From an uncultured Methanoregulaceae archaeon (GTDB taxonomy: Archaea > Halobacteriota > Methanomicrobia > Methanomicrobiales > Methanospirillaceae): a stretch of 64,000 bases of DNA. Numbering within the stretch: the first letter of the stretch is position 1; each line of letters opens with the position of its first letter. A program made the position numbers and the translations under genes. The stretch spans positions 1,152,001 to 1,216,000 of the forward strand of contig OY970343.1 in NCBI GenBank assembly GCA_963717525.1, in the 5' to 3' direction. This document shows, piece after piece, positions 20,109-29,846 of the stretch. A model generated the notes under the pieces. The model was not told the DNA's origin, searched no databases, and was given only the letters and a program-made list of their open reading frames with translations.

Positions 20109-22574
20109 TTAACCGAAACCCCATTGGGCAAGCGTCGTGTGCGAGGGATCGACATCCTTCCACGTCCAGCCCAGCGCTTCGATGATCCGGGAGATCGGCT
20201 GCTCGATGGTCTTCTCGAGCATCAGTTCCCAGTCGGGAACAAACTCTTTTGGCACCTGGTCGGCATACTCGAAACAGAGCACATCGGTCTTGGGGTACTT
20301 CCCGGTCACGGCTTTTATGTAGATGCGCTTTGGCTTGCTGCCCTTGCCAAACTCAGTATGCAGGTACTTATTTGCGTACCGGGCGCCCCTGACCTGTGCA
20401 TCATCGGTCTCGTAATCGTCAAGTGATTTACCGATCCCACCCGGTATGCCGATCTCATCAAGAGAAAACTTCCCCGCCCGGTACCGGGTAATGATGCCAC
20501 CAAGGTAAGCCTTGATCTCAGCATACTCCACACCATCAAGGATCATCTCCATCACCTTTGACTGGACGACTTTTGTGATCTGCGGCGTATCGCTGCGCCT
20601 TATCTCGAAACCGACAATATCTATCTGGTCTGCGTCTTTTCCCTCCTTCCAAACGAGACGGCCGGCATACCGTTTCTTCTTTCCGGCCTGGAAAAACCGT
20701 GCGTAGATCTTTTCAAACTTGATCGAGAAATAATGGGTGTCCGCGTTCAACTCGCGGCGGGCAAAATCCTGGTAACTGTCGTTGAGCTGTTTTTCAAGCA
20801 TCCGGGCCGTTTCGATAGTTTTCTCCCGATCAAGCGGCGGTATCTGCACCATGCAGGAGTCTGTATCGCCATAGATCACCTTGTATCCCTGCTGCTCAAT
20901 GATCCGCCGGGTATGCTCAATGATCGCCCGGCCAACAGAGGTGACTGCAGCCCCGATCTCCCGGTCGAAGAGCCGGAACCGGGTGTAACCCGAGACACCG
21001 TAGTAGGTGTTCATGATCACCTTGAGCACATTCTGCTGCATATCGTAGAGGACATACTGCGGCGAGCCGTAGGGAAAGGTGTTCCGGAGGTTTTTCCTCG
21101 CATCCCGCTCCTTTAACAGTTCAGAGAGGATACTCCGGGTCAGCCCGTCAGGCTGTTTCCTGAACCGGATGCCGTTTGGCGCCATCAGCTCGCCTTCGGG
21201 ATCTTTTGTTTCAGGTGATGCATTGATCGTCATCATCGCCATCGGGTAGAGCGATTTGAGGTCGAGCACCACCACGTTCTCCCGCACACCTTTGCTCGGC
21301 TCAAAGACCGTGGCGCCTTCAAACTCCTCGGCATTCGCAAAACCTTTTGAGGGGAGGATATATTTTCCGTGCGCCTTCCTGAGGATGTAGACATCGATTA
21401 CACTCGATGAATTCAGCGTCTTGTCCAAGGGGCAGCCGACGTAGCGGGCGATCTCCCGGTAAAATCCGACGATATTGTCCTTCCTGTTGATCGCAACACA
21501 GAGCTCAACATCCTTGTAGTTATATTCGACAAGGAGCGCCGGTTGTTTCTTCCAGAGATCGGAGACCGTGCCGGTATACCGCACCTTGCGCTCCCCGACC
21601 TCCTCTCCGGCTACTGCATCGAGACGGTAGGATTCCTTCAGGGTCGAATGCATCTTCTTGTAGCCGGTGAGGAGATCGAAGAGGGCCCTGCCGCGAAGCG
21701 CGTTTCTCTCGGTCATGCCGGGGAGGCGGGCGAGCATGACCGGTGAGAGCCCCAGTTTCTCCATCCTGCCCGTGATATAGGGCATATCAAATTCGACAAA
21801 GTTCCATCCCGAAAGGATATCGGGATCGCGTTCGGCGATGTACGCGCCAAACGCCCGGAGCATGGACACCTCATCGGCATACGTGCAGATGGTGTGGGTG
21901 CCCTTCCGGAAACAGCCGTTTTTTAAGCCGCCTTCCTCCTCTTTGGCAGTGATCTCTGCCGGTATCGGGACTCCGCCGAACAAGAACGTGGTATAGTCGT
22001 TATCGAACGAATCATGGCAGGTGATACAGATGATCGCGTCCCGCTGGGTATCCGGGAAGCCACGCTCGTCTTCGCATTCGATATCTATCATGCAGACCCG
22101 TGCAGGTGCATCCGACTCTGCGGGAACCAGTGCGTGGTACTCCACCGTTGTTGAGGGTACATTAACCGCCCCGGTGAGCCCGCAATCGATCATGAACCTC
22201 GTCGCAAACGGGATGTCTGCCTCGAAATGCCGGTACCGCTCCCTCATTTCCCGGACATCGCCCGGGCGGACGGTATACAGCCGTTTAAGCTTCTCTCCCC
22301 GGATCGAGCGGTAGATGGTATCCGGCTCGACAGTCACCTGCGGGGGATATGCGTGGCCGATCTGCTCCTCAGGGACATAAAAGTACGGCAGAAAACCGGT
22401 AACATCGATCCGGTGGGCGTCGCCTCCCGAATCCCTCCCGAAGATGTGAATGATCGGCCCGTCTGGGGTGTTGCTGTACTCCACCTGGTTGATCGCGATC
22501 GTCAGGGTGCCGATCTCCTCACCGGTGCGGGAAACCGTGAGTGTCTCCGAGGATCCCATGACCTGTGCGGGCAT
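20109..22574 (-). CDS. polB: Family B DNA polymerase
   Basis: Exo motifs DIE and GWNFVEFD; polymerase motifs DLKSLYP, KVIMNTYYG, YGDTDS and KKRYAG. Confidence 0.96.
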   Translation of the reverse strand: MPAQVMGSSETLTVSRTGEEIGTLTIAINQVEYSNTPDGPIIHIFGRDSGGDAHRIDVTGFLPYFYVPEEQIGHAYPPQVTVEPDTIYRSIRGEKLKRLYTVRPGDVREMRERYRHFEADIPFATRFMIDCGLTGAVNVPSTTVEYHALVPAESDAPARVCMIDIECEDERGFPDTQRDAIICITCHDSFDNDYTTFLFGGVPIPAEITAKEEEGGLKNGCFRKGTHTICTYADEVSMLRAFGAYIAERDPDILSGWNFVEFDMPYITGRMEKLGLSPVMLARLPGMTERNALRGRALFDLLTGYKKMHSTLKESYRLDAVAGEEVGERKVRYTGTVSDLWKKQPALLVEYNYKDVELCVAINRKDNIVGFYREIARYVGCPLDKTLNSSSVIDVYILRKAHGKYILPSKGFANAEEFEGATVFEPSKGVRENVVVLDLKSLYPMAMMTINASPETKDPEGELMAPNGIRFRKQPDGLTRSILSELLKERDARKNLRNTFPYGSPQYVLYDMQQNVLKVIMNTYYGVSGYTRFRLFDREIGAAVTSVGRAIIEHTRRIIEQQGYKVIYGDTDSCMVQIPPLDREKTIETARMLEKQLNDSYQDFARRELNADTHYFSIKFEKIYARFFQAGKKKRYAGRLVWKEGKDADQIDIVGFEIRRSDTPQITKVVQSKVMEMILDGVEYAEIKAYLGGIITRYRAGKFSLDEIGIPGGIGKSLDDYETDDAQVRGARYANKYLHTEFGKGSKPKRIYIKAVTGKYPKTDVLCFEYADQVPKEFVPDWELMLEKTIEQPISRIIEALGWTWKDVDPSHTTLAQWGFG

Positions 22575-22577
22575 GGC

Positions 22578-23444
22578 TTATGCCACCACCGTGCGGCAGA
22601 GATCCCGGACAAATGCCCCGGCCTGCGCCATCCCGGCGTGTTCCCAGGAGTCAAGATCCCACGAGACGATCTCGTGGATACCATCGCGCCCGATCCGGAC
22701 CGGGACACCAAGCGAGCAGTCAGAGTGACCGTACTCCCCTTCCAGCACCGCAGAGCAGGGAACCGTATCCCGTGTATCCGAAAGAAACATTCGAATAAGT
22801 GACACGATATGGTACGCCGGGCCAAAAACCGTTCCGCCTTTGCCTTTGATCACTTCCATGCTTGCACCCCGGAGTTCATGGAGGATCTCAGGACGCCTGC
22901 TCTCATCGATAGGATTGGGGAGCCGGGAAAAGACCGGCACCTGGTACTCACCATGCTCCCCGAGGACAACCGCTGGACCCTCAATGTTTTTCCGCTGAAG
23001 GGCAAGCGCGAACCGTGCGCTGTCAAGCTGCCCGCCAAAACCGATACACCGCTCACGGGGCAGACCGGTGAGGCGGTGCAGAAGGAAATTGTTCACGTCC
23101 ATGGGATTTGTCACGGTGACAAGGAGGCCCGAAAAACCGTCCAGCAGCCCAGCGCACTTCCGGACTACGGGAAGATTGGCCGTGAGGAGATCTGCCCGGG
23201 TCTTTACCTCCGGTGTGCGGGGGGTCCCTGCCGCAAAAATGCAGATGTCGGCGTCCCGTACATCGCGAATGTCGCAGGAGATGGTGATCGGAAGACCGGT
23301 ATGCCGGATATCGAGCGCCTGTGCGTTGAGGAGATTCGTGCTCTGATCGTACAGGACAAGTTCATCCGCGAGCCCCAGGATGGCAGCAAGGGAGGCGACC
23401 TCTCCGCCGATCCTTCCGACACCCAGAACCGCAAGCCGCACCAT
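22578..23444 (-). CDS. mdh: Malate dehydrogenase (LDH/MDH family)
   Basis: GVGRIG, AGTPR...TRADL (Arg at the substrate-specificity position, MDH-type), TNPMD, LDSARF and GEHGE. Confidence 0.85.
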   Translation of the reverse strand: MVRLAVLGVGRIGGEVASLAAILGLADELVLYDQSTNLLNAQALDIRHTGLPITISCDIRDVRDADICIFAAGTPRTPEVKTRADLLTANLPVVRKCAGLLDGFSGLLVTVTNPMDVNNFLLHRLTGLPRERCIGFGGQLDSARFALALQRKNIEGPAVVLGEHGEYQVPVFSRLPNPIDESRRPEILHELRGASMEVIKGKGGTVFGPAYHIVSLIRMFLSDTRDTVPCSAVLEGEYGHSDCSLGVPVRIGRDGIHEIVSWDLDSWEHAGMAQAGAFVRDLCRTVVA

Positions 23445-23560
23445 ATTTCTCCTTCCTTACTAGGTATTCACCTCATGAAGTTAAGTGACTGTCGACAACG
23501 GGACCGGTAGATCTTAATCAAAGATGTCCTTTATAATACATCACGTCCATTTTTTGATGG

Positions 23561-24448
23561 ATGGTCGTACTCAGGGCGGGACCGGTAACGGTCGGTGGCG
23601 TGACACTCGATAACCACCTCCTTCTTGCCGCCGGGGTTCTCGGGACAACCGGTGCATCCCTCTCAAGGATGCTTGCCCGGGGAGCCGGCGGTGTGGTGAC
23701 GAAGTCAATCGGCCCGCTGCCAAAAGACGGGCACGCCGGCCCCTGCGTTACCCTGCTCGACAACGGTGTCCTGAATGCCATGGGGCTCCCCAACCCTTCC
23801 CGCGAATTTACCGGCGAGCTTTCAGCGCTCGGGAATAAGCCGGTGATCGTGAGCATCTTTGGTGCGAACCCCGGGGAATTTGCCGAAGTCGCGGGGTGGT
23901 TTAAGGGGATGGCGGCCGGTGTTGAACTCAACCTCTCCTGCCCTCATGCAGAGGGCTATGGTGCGGCAATTGGCGTCGATCCCGATCTCGTGGAGAAATG
24001 TACCCGCGCAGTGAGTGCCCTCGGGATGCCCACGTGGGTGAAACTGACACCGAATGTGACCGATATAACCGCGATCGGAAAAGCGGCAGAACGCGGAGGG
24101 GCGTCCGCGATTGTCGCTATAAACACGGTAAAAGCCATGCGCATTTCAACCGGTCTCAGGCGCCCGGTGCTCGGCAACCGGTATGGCGGGCTCTCGGGAG
24201 AGGCGATCTTCCCGGTCGCTGTCCGCTGTGTCTACGAGCTCTACGAGGCCTGCAAAATCCCCATCATCGGGTGCGGGGGAATCTCGACTGCCGACAACGT
24301 GATCGAGATGATGATGGCCGGCGCCCGTGCCGTAGAGATCGGCAGCGCGGTGCAGCGCGATATCGGGGTCTTTGAGTCCATAAAAAACGACCTGTACGCA
24401 AAAAAAGGCGTCGAAACCGAAGAGATCGTGGGGTGCGCCCATGGATGA
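23561..24448 (+). CDS. pyrD: Dihydroorotate dehydrogenase, catalytic subunit (class 1B)
   Basis: VVTKS, NAMGLPNP, ELNLSCPH, VKLTPN, INT and GGLSG. Confidence 0.95.
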   Translation: MVVLRAGPVTVGGVTLDNHLLLAAGVLGTTGASLSRMLARGAGGVVTKSIGPLPKDGHAGPCVTLLDNGVLNAMGLPNPSREFTGELSALGNKPVIVSIFGANPGEFAEVAGWFKGMAAGVELNLSCPHAEGYGAAIGVDPDLVEKCTRAVSALGMPTWVKLTPNVTDITAIGKAAERGGASAIVAINTVKAMRISTGLRRPVLGNRYGGLSGEAIFPVAVRCVYELYEACKIPIIGCGGISTADNVIEMMMAGARAVEIGSAVQRDIGVFESIKNDLYAKKGVETEEIVGCAHG

Positions 24449-25205
24449 AAAGCTACCTGTACGGGTGTCCACAACAAAGATAAAAAAAGAGACCCCGTCG
24501 GTAAAAACGTTCTTCTTTGACCGTGAGTTCCCCTTTGAACCCGGACAGTTTGTCATGGTATGGGTCCCGGGTGTGGACGAGATACCCATGGCACTCTCTT
24601 CGGCAAACAGCATCACCGTCCAGAAAGTTGGCGATGCGACCGGTGCAATGTTTGACCTTGAGCCAGATGCACCTCTTGGGATCCGGGGGCCTTTCGGAAA
24701 CGGGTTTACCCGCGGCGAGAAGATGCTTGCTATCGCCGGGGGTGTCGGAGCAGCCCCCATCCTGCCACTCGCCCGTTCTGACTGTGTTATGACGATGCTC
24801 CTTGGCGCACGGACCGAGAAAGAACTGCTCTTTGTCGACCAGCTCGATGAGAGTACTGATGTTATCATCGCTACGGACGACGGGACGCTGGGGCAGCACG
24901 GGTTTGTCACCGATCTCATGAAGGATATCAGCCTTGCCGCCTATGACAGGATCGCGGTCTGCGGGCCGGAGCCGATGATGAGCGCGGTGCTCTCAAAGAT
25001 CGACAGTGTCGGGTTAGCATCGAAAACAGAGTTCTCACTCCACCGGTACATGAAATGCGGGGTGGGGATCTGCGGCTCCTGCTGCATCGACCCGGACGGC
25101 CTCCGGGTCTGTCGTGACGGCCCTATCTTTTCCGGGGAGCTGCTCAGGAAGAGCGAGTTCGGGCACTACTCCCGGGACGCAAGCGGCAGGAAGAAAAATA
25201 TCTGA
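24441..25205 (+). CDS. pyrK: Dihydroorotate dehydrogenase electron transfer subunit
   Basis: PGQFVMVW, RGPFGNGF, AGGVGAAP, CGPEPMM and MKCGVGICGSC...VCRDGP. Confidence 0.95.
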   Translation: MDEKLPVRVSTTKIKKETPSVKTFFFDREFPFEPGQFVMVWVPGVDEIPMALSSANSITVQKVGDATGAMFDLEPDAPLGIRGPFGNGFTRGEKMLAIAGGVGAAPILPLARSDCVMTMLLGARTEKELLFVDQLDESTDVIIATDDGTLGQHGFVTDLMKDISLAAYDRIAVCGPEPMMSAVLSKIDSVGLASKTEFSLHRYMKCGVGICGSCCIDPDGLRVCRDGPIFSGELLRKSEFGHYSRDASGRKKNI

Positions 25206-25280
25206 GTGGGAACGTGGGCCATTTTTAAAAACGATGATATATTTTTAGTTGAGGGAGGTCTCCGGGCTTGTGGCTGAAGA

Positions 25281-26762
25281 TCACTGCCAGCGATCGCTCC
25301 TGTTGATTTTCGTGGGGAACCGGTAACTCCCTTTCGGGACATGGATCTCAAACCGGGCTCCTTTCCCGGGGGTGCCGGTCTCTTTTATAGAAAGCCCGGT
25401 GATACTCAAAATCTCGACGATCAGGAACAGCCCGTATCCCGTGTTGCGGAAATATTCGCGCCGGAATATCCGCTCTTTTGAATCCGCGGGAATACCGACC
25501 CCGTTGTCTTCGCAACAGAGGACGAGACTGTCGTCGGTCTCGTAATAAAAGAAACGGATGAGGGTCACATGCCCGCCATGGACCAGCGAATTGTCGATGA
25601 TGTTGACAAACACCTTGGGAAAACCTGCATCGGCAAAAATCTCCAGATCGTCGACTTGCCGGTCGATCAACACGTCTTTTTGCTCGACCCCGGCTACAGC
25701 CTCGCCGATCACTGCACTGATATTATGCCAACGGGGCTCTCCCGATCCGATGTTCTGATAATCGTGGGTAAACCGGATCTGTTTCTGGATCATGTCGGTG
25801 ACGTCCCCAATCTTGTCAAGATAGCCGGCGACGACGGCATCGGTCTCTGTTTCCCGGATGAGCGAGAGATACATCACGATTGCGGTGATCTGGTTGAGGA
25901 TGTCATGGCGGGTGACGCCGGAGAGGGTGTTGATCTTGTGGTTGGCAAGGCGGATCGCCGCCTCGAACCGTTTGCGTTCCTCGATTTCAGCCGAGAGTTC
26001 CTTGTTGACGCGCAGGAGATCCTCGGTCCGCTCGTTCACCCGCCGCTCCAGGTCATCCCGTGCCCGTTCGATCACCTGTTCAGCCAGTTTGCGGGCTGTA
26101 ATATCGATCGCAGAACAGATCACGATATTACCGGGGGTAACCGAGGCAGAGACAAGAACCTGGCGGACTGTCCCGTCACGGGCAGTGAAGAGCAGTTCGA
26201 GGTCCCCGGTCTCCCATGACATCTTTACCTGTCGGATAAACCGGTCTATGCTTCCTGCATCGGTCATGATGCGCGACAGGTCCGCACCGGCCAGTTCCGT
26301 ACGCTCGTACCTGAGCATCTGCGCACATTTTGCGTTCAGTTCGGTAAGCCGGAGAGTGTTCAGATCGAACGTGAATATCCCGGCCTGGGAGTTCTCAAAT
26401 ATCCCCCGGTATTTCCGCTCCTCCTCGCGCAACCCTTCTGCAAACGATGAGGTGACAACCCCGATGGTGACAAAAACCACAAACCAGGCGGTGGAGATTG
26501 CCACGTCCTGTGGGTTGAAGCCACTGTACAGGTAGACCATCAGGATGTAGACCGTGCTCAGTCCAAGAGAGAAATACACCCCCTTGTTCGGATACAGGTA
26601 GACAAAGAGAATGATGGGCAGGAAATAGATGAAGGGGAAAACCTCGTAAATGCCACGGGAGAGAGAATAGATCGTCGAGGATAGGGTGATGAGAATGGTG
26701 ATGATGATCGTGGCCGTCCAGTAGATCTGGTGCCTTTTTTCCGGGGAAAGACGGACGATCAT
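25281..26762 (-). CDS. Membrane PAS sensor histidine kinase
   Basis: Four TM helices, PAS, TRHDILNQ H-box, N-box NIIDNS.VHG, EDNGVGIP and GYGLF. Confidence 0.9.
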   Translation of the reverse strand: MIVRLSPEKRHQIYWTATIIITILITLSSTIYSLSRGIYEVFPFIYFLPIILFVYLYPNKGVYFSLGLSTVYILMVYLYSGFNPQDVAISTAWFVVFVTIGVVTSSFAEGLREEERKYRGIFENSQAGIFTFDLNTLRLTELNAKCAQMLRYERTELAGADLSRIMTDAGSIDRFIRQVKMSWETGDLELLFTARDGTVRQVLVSASVTPGNIVICSAIDITARKLAEQVIERARDDLERRVNERTEDLLRVNKELSAEIEERKRFEAAIRLANHKINTLSGVTRHDILNQITAIVMYLSLIRETETDAVVAGYLDKIGDVTDMIQKQIRFTHDYQNIGSGEPRWHNISAVIGEAVAGVEQKDVLIDRQVDDLEIFADAGFPKVFVNIIDNSLVHGGHVTLIRFFYYETDDSLVLCCEDNGVGIPADSKERIFRREYFRNTGYGLFLIVEILSITGLSIKETGTPGKGARFEIHVPKGSYRFPTKINRSDRWQ

Positions 26763-26764
26763 GG

Positions 26765-27616
26765 TTATCTCTCCTTCTCCTTGTCGGATTCGTCTTTGAA
26801 CTCCCCGGAAAGGAGGGTGTTTTCAAGCCTGCGTCGCTCCACGATCTCGGTCCGCAGCTCCTCGTTTATCCGTTCGAGATGTGCGGTACGTTCCCGTACC
26901 TGGCGTTCGAGGTCTTCAAGGGTCTGGCGTATCTCCTCGTCGGCCACCCGGGCATCGGTCACGTTAACTACAGAGCAGAGAACCAGGTCTCGTGTAACGT
27001 AAAGAGGGGAAATGACAAACCTGATGACCCCCCCGCTTTTCTGACGGAAGAGAGCCTCAAACACCACGCCGGTTCTTCGTACTTTTGTCTCATCCATGAA
27101 CCGCTGGTGTGCACCCGCGTCAGTCCAGACCATGCTGACAAAAGCTCCTTTCAGTTCACTCCGTGAATACAAAAGCCACCGGGCGCATTTCTGGTTGACC
27201 TCGCGGATCCGCCATGTACCGGGGTCAAAACAAAAAATCCCTTCGAGGGTATTGTCCATAATATGCCGGATCCGCGCTTTTTCTTCGAGAAGCCCGTTCG
27301 CATAGGAAGACGAAACTACGGCGAGGATAATAAAAACGGCAAACCAACCCGTCGAAACAGCGATGAGGAACGGATTAAACGCCCCCAGGCTGTACACAAG
27401 GCCGATATAGATGATGCTGATACACAGCGCAAAGAGGACGGCACGCCCGGGGTAGAAATAGACAACGCAGATGATGGGAAGAATATAGAGGAACGGGAAG
27501 ACGACAGAGATGCCGTGGGTGAGTGAGAAAAGGGTGCCGAGGATAGCACTGAGCGATGCAACGACCACGATAAAGAGACGGAGAAATGCTTCCCTGTCAA
27601 GTGACTGCGGTCCCAT
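26765..27616 (-). CDS. Membrane PAS protein with coiled-coil tail and no kinase domain
   Basis: Four TM helices plus PAS plus LERQVRERTAHL. It resembles the N-terminal half of the adjacent kinase. Confidence 0.8.
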   Translation of the reverse strand: MGPQSLDREAFLRLFIVVVASLSAILGTLFSLTHGISVVFPFLYILPIICVVYFYPGRAVLFALCISIIYIGLVYSLGAFNPFLIAVSTGWFAVFIILAVVSSSYANGLLEEKARIRHIMDNTLEGIFCFDPGTWRIREVNQKCARWLLYSRSELKGAFVSMVWTDAGAHQRFMDETKVRRTGVVFEALFRQKSGGVIRFVISPLYVTRDLVLCSVVNVTDARVADEEIRQTLEDLERQVRERTAHLERINEELRTEIVERRRLENTLLSGEFKDESDKEKER

Positions 27617-27768
27617 GTATCTGCATCCTCCTTCAGGACAGGGTTGACGCGCCCCTGTCAGGTATATCTCTTATTCTACAGTTGATTTTAAACCATATAA
27701 TGTTAGAGGACGGATTTAAAAAAAACGCAGGACGTGTAAGGGCTAACCGGGGTTGTATCTGCTGGAAA

Positions 27769-28386
27769 TCACGGGGCCGGTTCCTCAGGCTCTTTTTTTG
27801 TAAAGAGGTTGATATGCTCCAGCTCCTCCAGCTTGTTGATGTTGGTAAATGTCCGTAGCCCGGGATCGTACGCCTTCAGGTCATCCACCGGGATATAGCG
27901 GGCATTTAAGGACTGGATCATGGCCCGCAGCGAGAGGGATGTGTGGCTTTCGAGATATGCCAGCAGGGCTGTCCGCCGGTAGACGGCATGCAGGGGTTCG
28001 ACCATCCGCTCGTTCCACCGTGGAATCACCGCATCGTACGACCCAATCTCCCGGAAGAGGTACGAGACCACGCCAGGATCGATACAGGGCATATCGCAGG
28101 CCGACACAAAGATAAGATCCCCTCCTGCGGCAAGGGAGCCGGCGTGAAGCCCGCCAATGGGGCCAAGGCCCTGCCGGATATCGCTGATACAGGTAACATT
28201 CTTTATCGTCAGGAACCGGGTACACTGCACCGGGCTGCGGGCGACAATGATAATCTCGTCGACGACTCCCGAGAGCGAATCGACGAGCCGCTCGATAAAG
28301 GTCTTTCCTTCATAGGTGAAGAAGTATTTTTCCTGGCCGTTTGCCCGTCGTGCCTCGCCACCGGCAAGCACCACCGCGGATCTCAT
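27769..28386 (-). CDS. mobA: Molybdenum cofactor guanylyltransferase
   Basis: LAGGEARR, GPIGG, ACDMP, EPLHAVY and FTNIN. Confidence 0.9.
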   Translation of the reverse strand: MRSAVVLAGGEARRANGQEKYFFTYEGKTFIERLVDSLSGVVDEIIIVARSPVQCTRFLTIKNVTCISDIRQGLGPIGGLHAGSLAAGGDLIFVSACDMPCIDPGVVSYLFREIGSYDAVIPRWNERMVEPLHAVYRRTALLAYLESHTSLSLRAMIQSLNARYIPVDDLKAYDPGLRTFTNINKLEELEHINLFTKKEPEEPAP

Positions 28387-29312
28387 GGCGACACTTCCCT
28401 TGAGGCGAGGGCCTCGCGGAACTTTACCAGATCGGTAATACAGGCATTGACCGGAGTCGGGATGCCATGCACAGCTCCTTTTGCGACAATGGCACCATTG
28501 AGAGAATCGATCTCCGTGGGCCGGCCACGGGTGATATCCTGAAGCATGGAAGAGTGGTGCCGTGCAGTGGCCGGGAGCTGGACATCACGGAGGAACGTGA
28601 GGTAATCATCTGGTGATGTCCACGGGAGGCTAATCCCCTCGGCACGGATGACGGAAAAACCCTCGCGGACGATCTCCGTTATAATCCTCCACGCCGCCGG
28701 CCTTCCGAGTTCCCCATACGGCACCCCCATCACGGCGCCGAGAGGGTTTAGGGCGCAATTATAGAGAGTCTTTCCCCAGAGCTCAGAGCGCACCTCCGCG
28801 GTTCCGCCGACCCGGATCCCCGCATCTCCCATGACATTCACAAGCCGCTGCACCGGCCCATCAAGGCCTGACGGAAACCGGCCGAGTTTTGCCGGCCCGG
28901 CCTCGACTGATACATGCACCCGGTCTTCCCCCTGCCATTCAAAGCCGGTGATGATCATTCCCCCGATCACCTTGTCGGTGTACCGGCTGATGATCTCCTC
29001 GTTTCCTATCCCGTTCTGGAGGCTGACCGTTTCGGTGCCCTGAATGACCTTTGCATACTCCCTGCAGAGGGTTTCGGTATCCCGGGACTTTGCGGCGATA
29101 ATAATGTAATCGTACCGGGCACCCTCCGGGACATGGTCGGAAATGCTGAACCGGAAGGTTCCGGTTCCCCAGATACCGGTCAGATGAAACCCGTTCGCAC
29201 TGATGGCATCAGCGGTTTTTTTCCGGGAGACTGCATGGATATCGCAGACTGATGAGAGTTTTGCAGCAACCGACAAGCCCACCGCACCTGCTCCCAGCAC
29301 CAGTATCTTCAT
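28383..29312 (-). CDS. panE: 2-dehydropantoate 2-reductase (ketopantoate reductase family)
   Basis: GAGAVG, AAKS, LQNGIG, WGKTLYN and SSMLQD..RGRPTEID.LNG. Confidence 0.9.
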   Translation of the reverse strand: MKILVLGAGAVGLSVAAKLSSVCDIHAVSRKKTADAISANGFHLTGIWGTGTFRFSISDHVPEGARYDYIIIAAKSRDTETLCREYAKVIQGTETVSLQNGIGNEEIISRYTDKVIGGMIITGFEWQGEDRVHVSVEAGPAKLGRFPSGLDGPVQRLVNVMGDAGIRVGGTAEVRSELWGKTLYNCALNPLGAVMGVPYGELGRPAAWRIITEIVREGFSVIRAEGISLPWTSPDDYLTFLRDVQLPATARHHSSMLQDITRGRPTEIDSLNGAIVAKGAVHGIPTPVNACITDLVKFREALASREVSP

Positions 29313-29397
29313 GGTGACCTCCTGCAACCACTACTGTATTTTCCCGGATGGCAATTAGAGATTCCGAATGGCGTGGGCAGGCGGCAGGACTGCGTGC

Positions 29398-29846
29398 TCA
29401 CGGCACCATCTGTTTCCTGCCCTTCTTTTCAAGCGCAAGAAGCTGTTCTTTGATCTCGAGCGCCGGCGTGAAACCGCCAATTCCTCCCGCTGCAACGATG
29501 CGGTGGCAGGGCACGACAAGCGGCGTCGGGTTGCGCGCCATGGCACGCCCCACGGCCCGGGGAGATGTACCCCCCGCCTTGCAATCTCCCCGTATGTCGC
29601 AGTGCTGCCATACGGCACCTCCCGGACTGCGCGATAGATCCTGGTGGAGACCGAATCGCCTTCACAGGCGACAGTCCATAATCCTGACAGGTCTACAGGA
29701 TGGCCGGCACAATACTTCCGGACCGATGCCGGGACCGGGCCGGGAATTCCCGTGGATGCGAACCGGACGCGATAGATCCTGTCGCCGCTCCACCAGACAT
29801 GGACGTACCAGAGACCCAGCCTGCACGAACCACCGGTTACTTCCAT
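29398..29846 (-). CDS. ogt: Methylated-DNA-protein-cysteine methyltransferase (~149 aa, one frameshift at ~29572)
   Basis: VPYGSTATYGEIARR, then in a shifted frame GTSPRAVGRAMARNPTPLVVPCHRIV (PCHR active site) to TGA at 29398. Confidence 0.85.

Noticed and set aside
20109..22574. Intein in PolB
   Set aside because: The length is normal (821 aa) and the polymerase motifs are uninterrupted.
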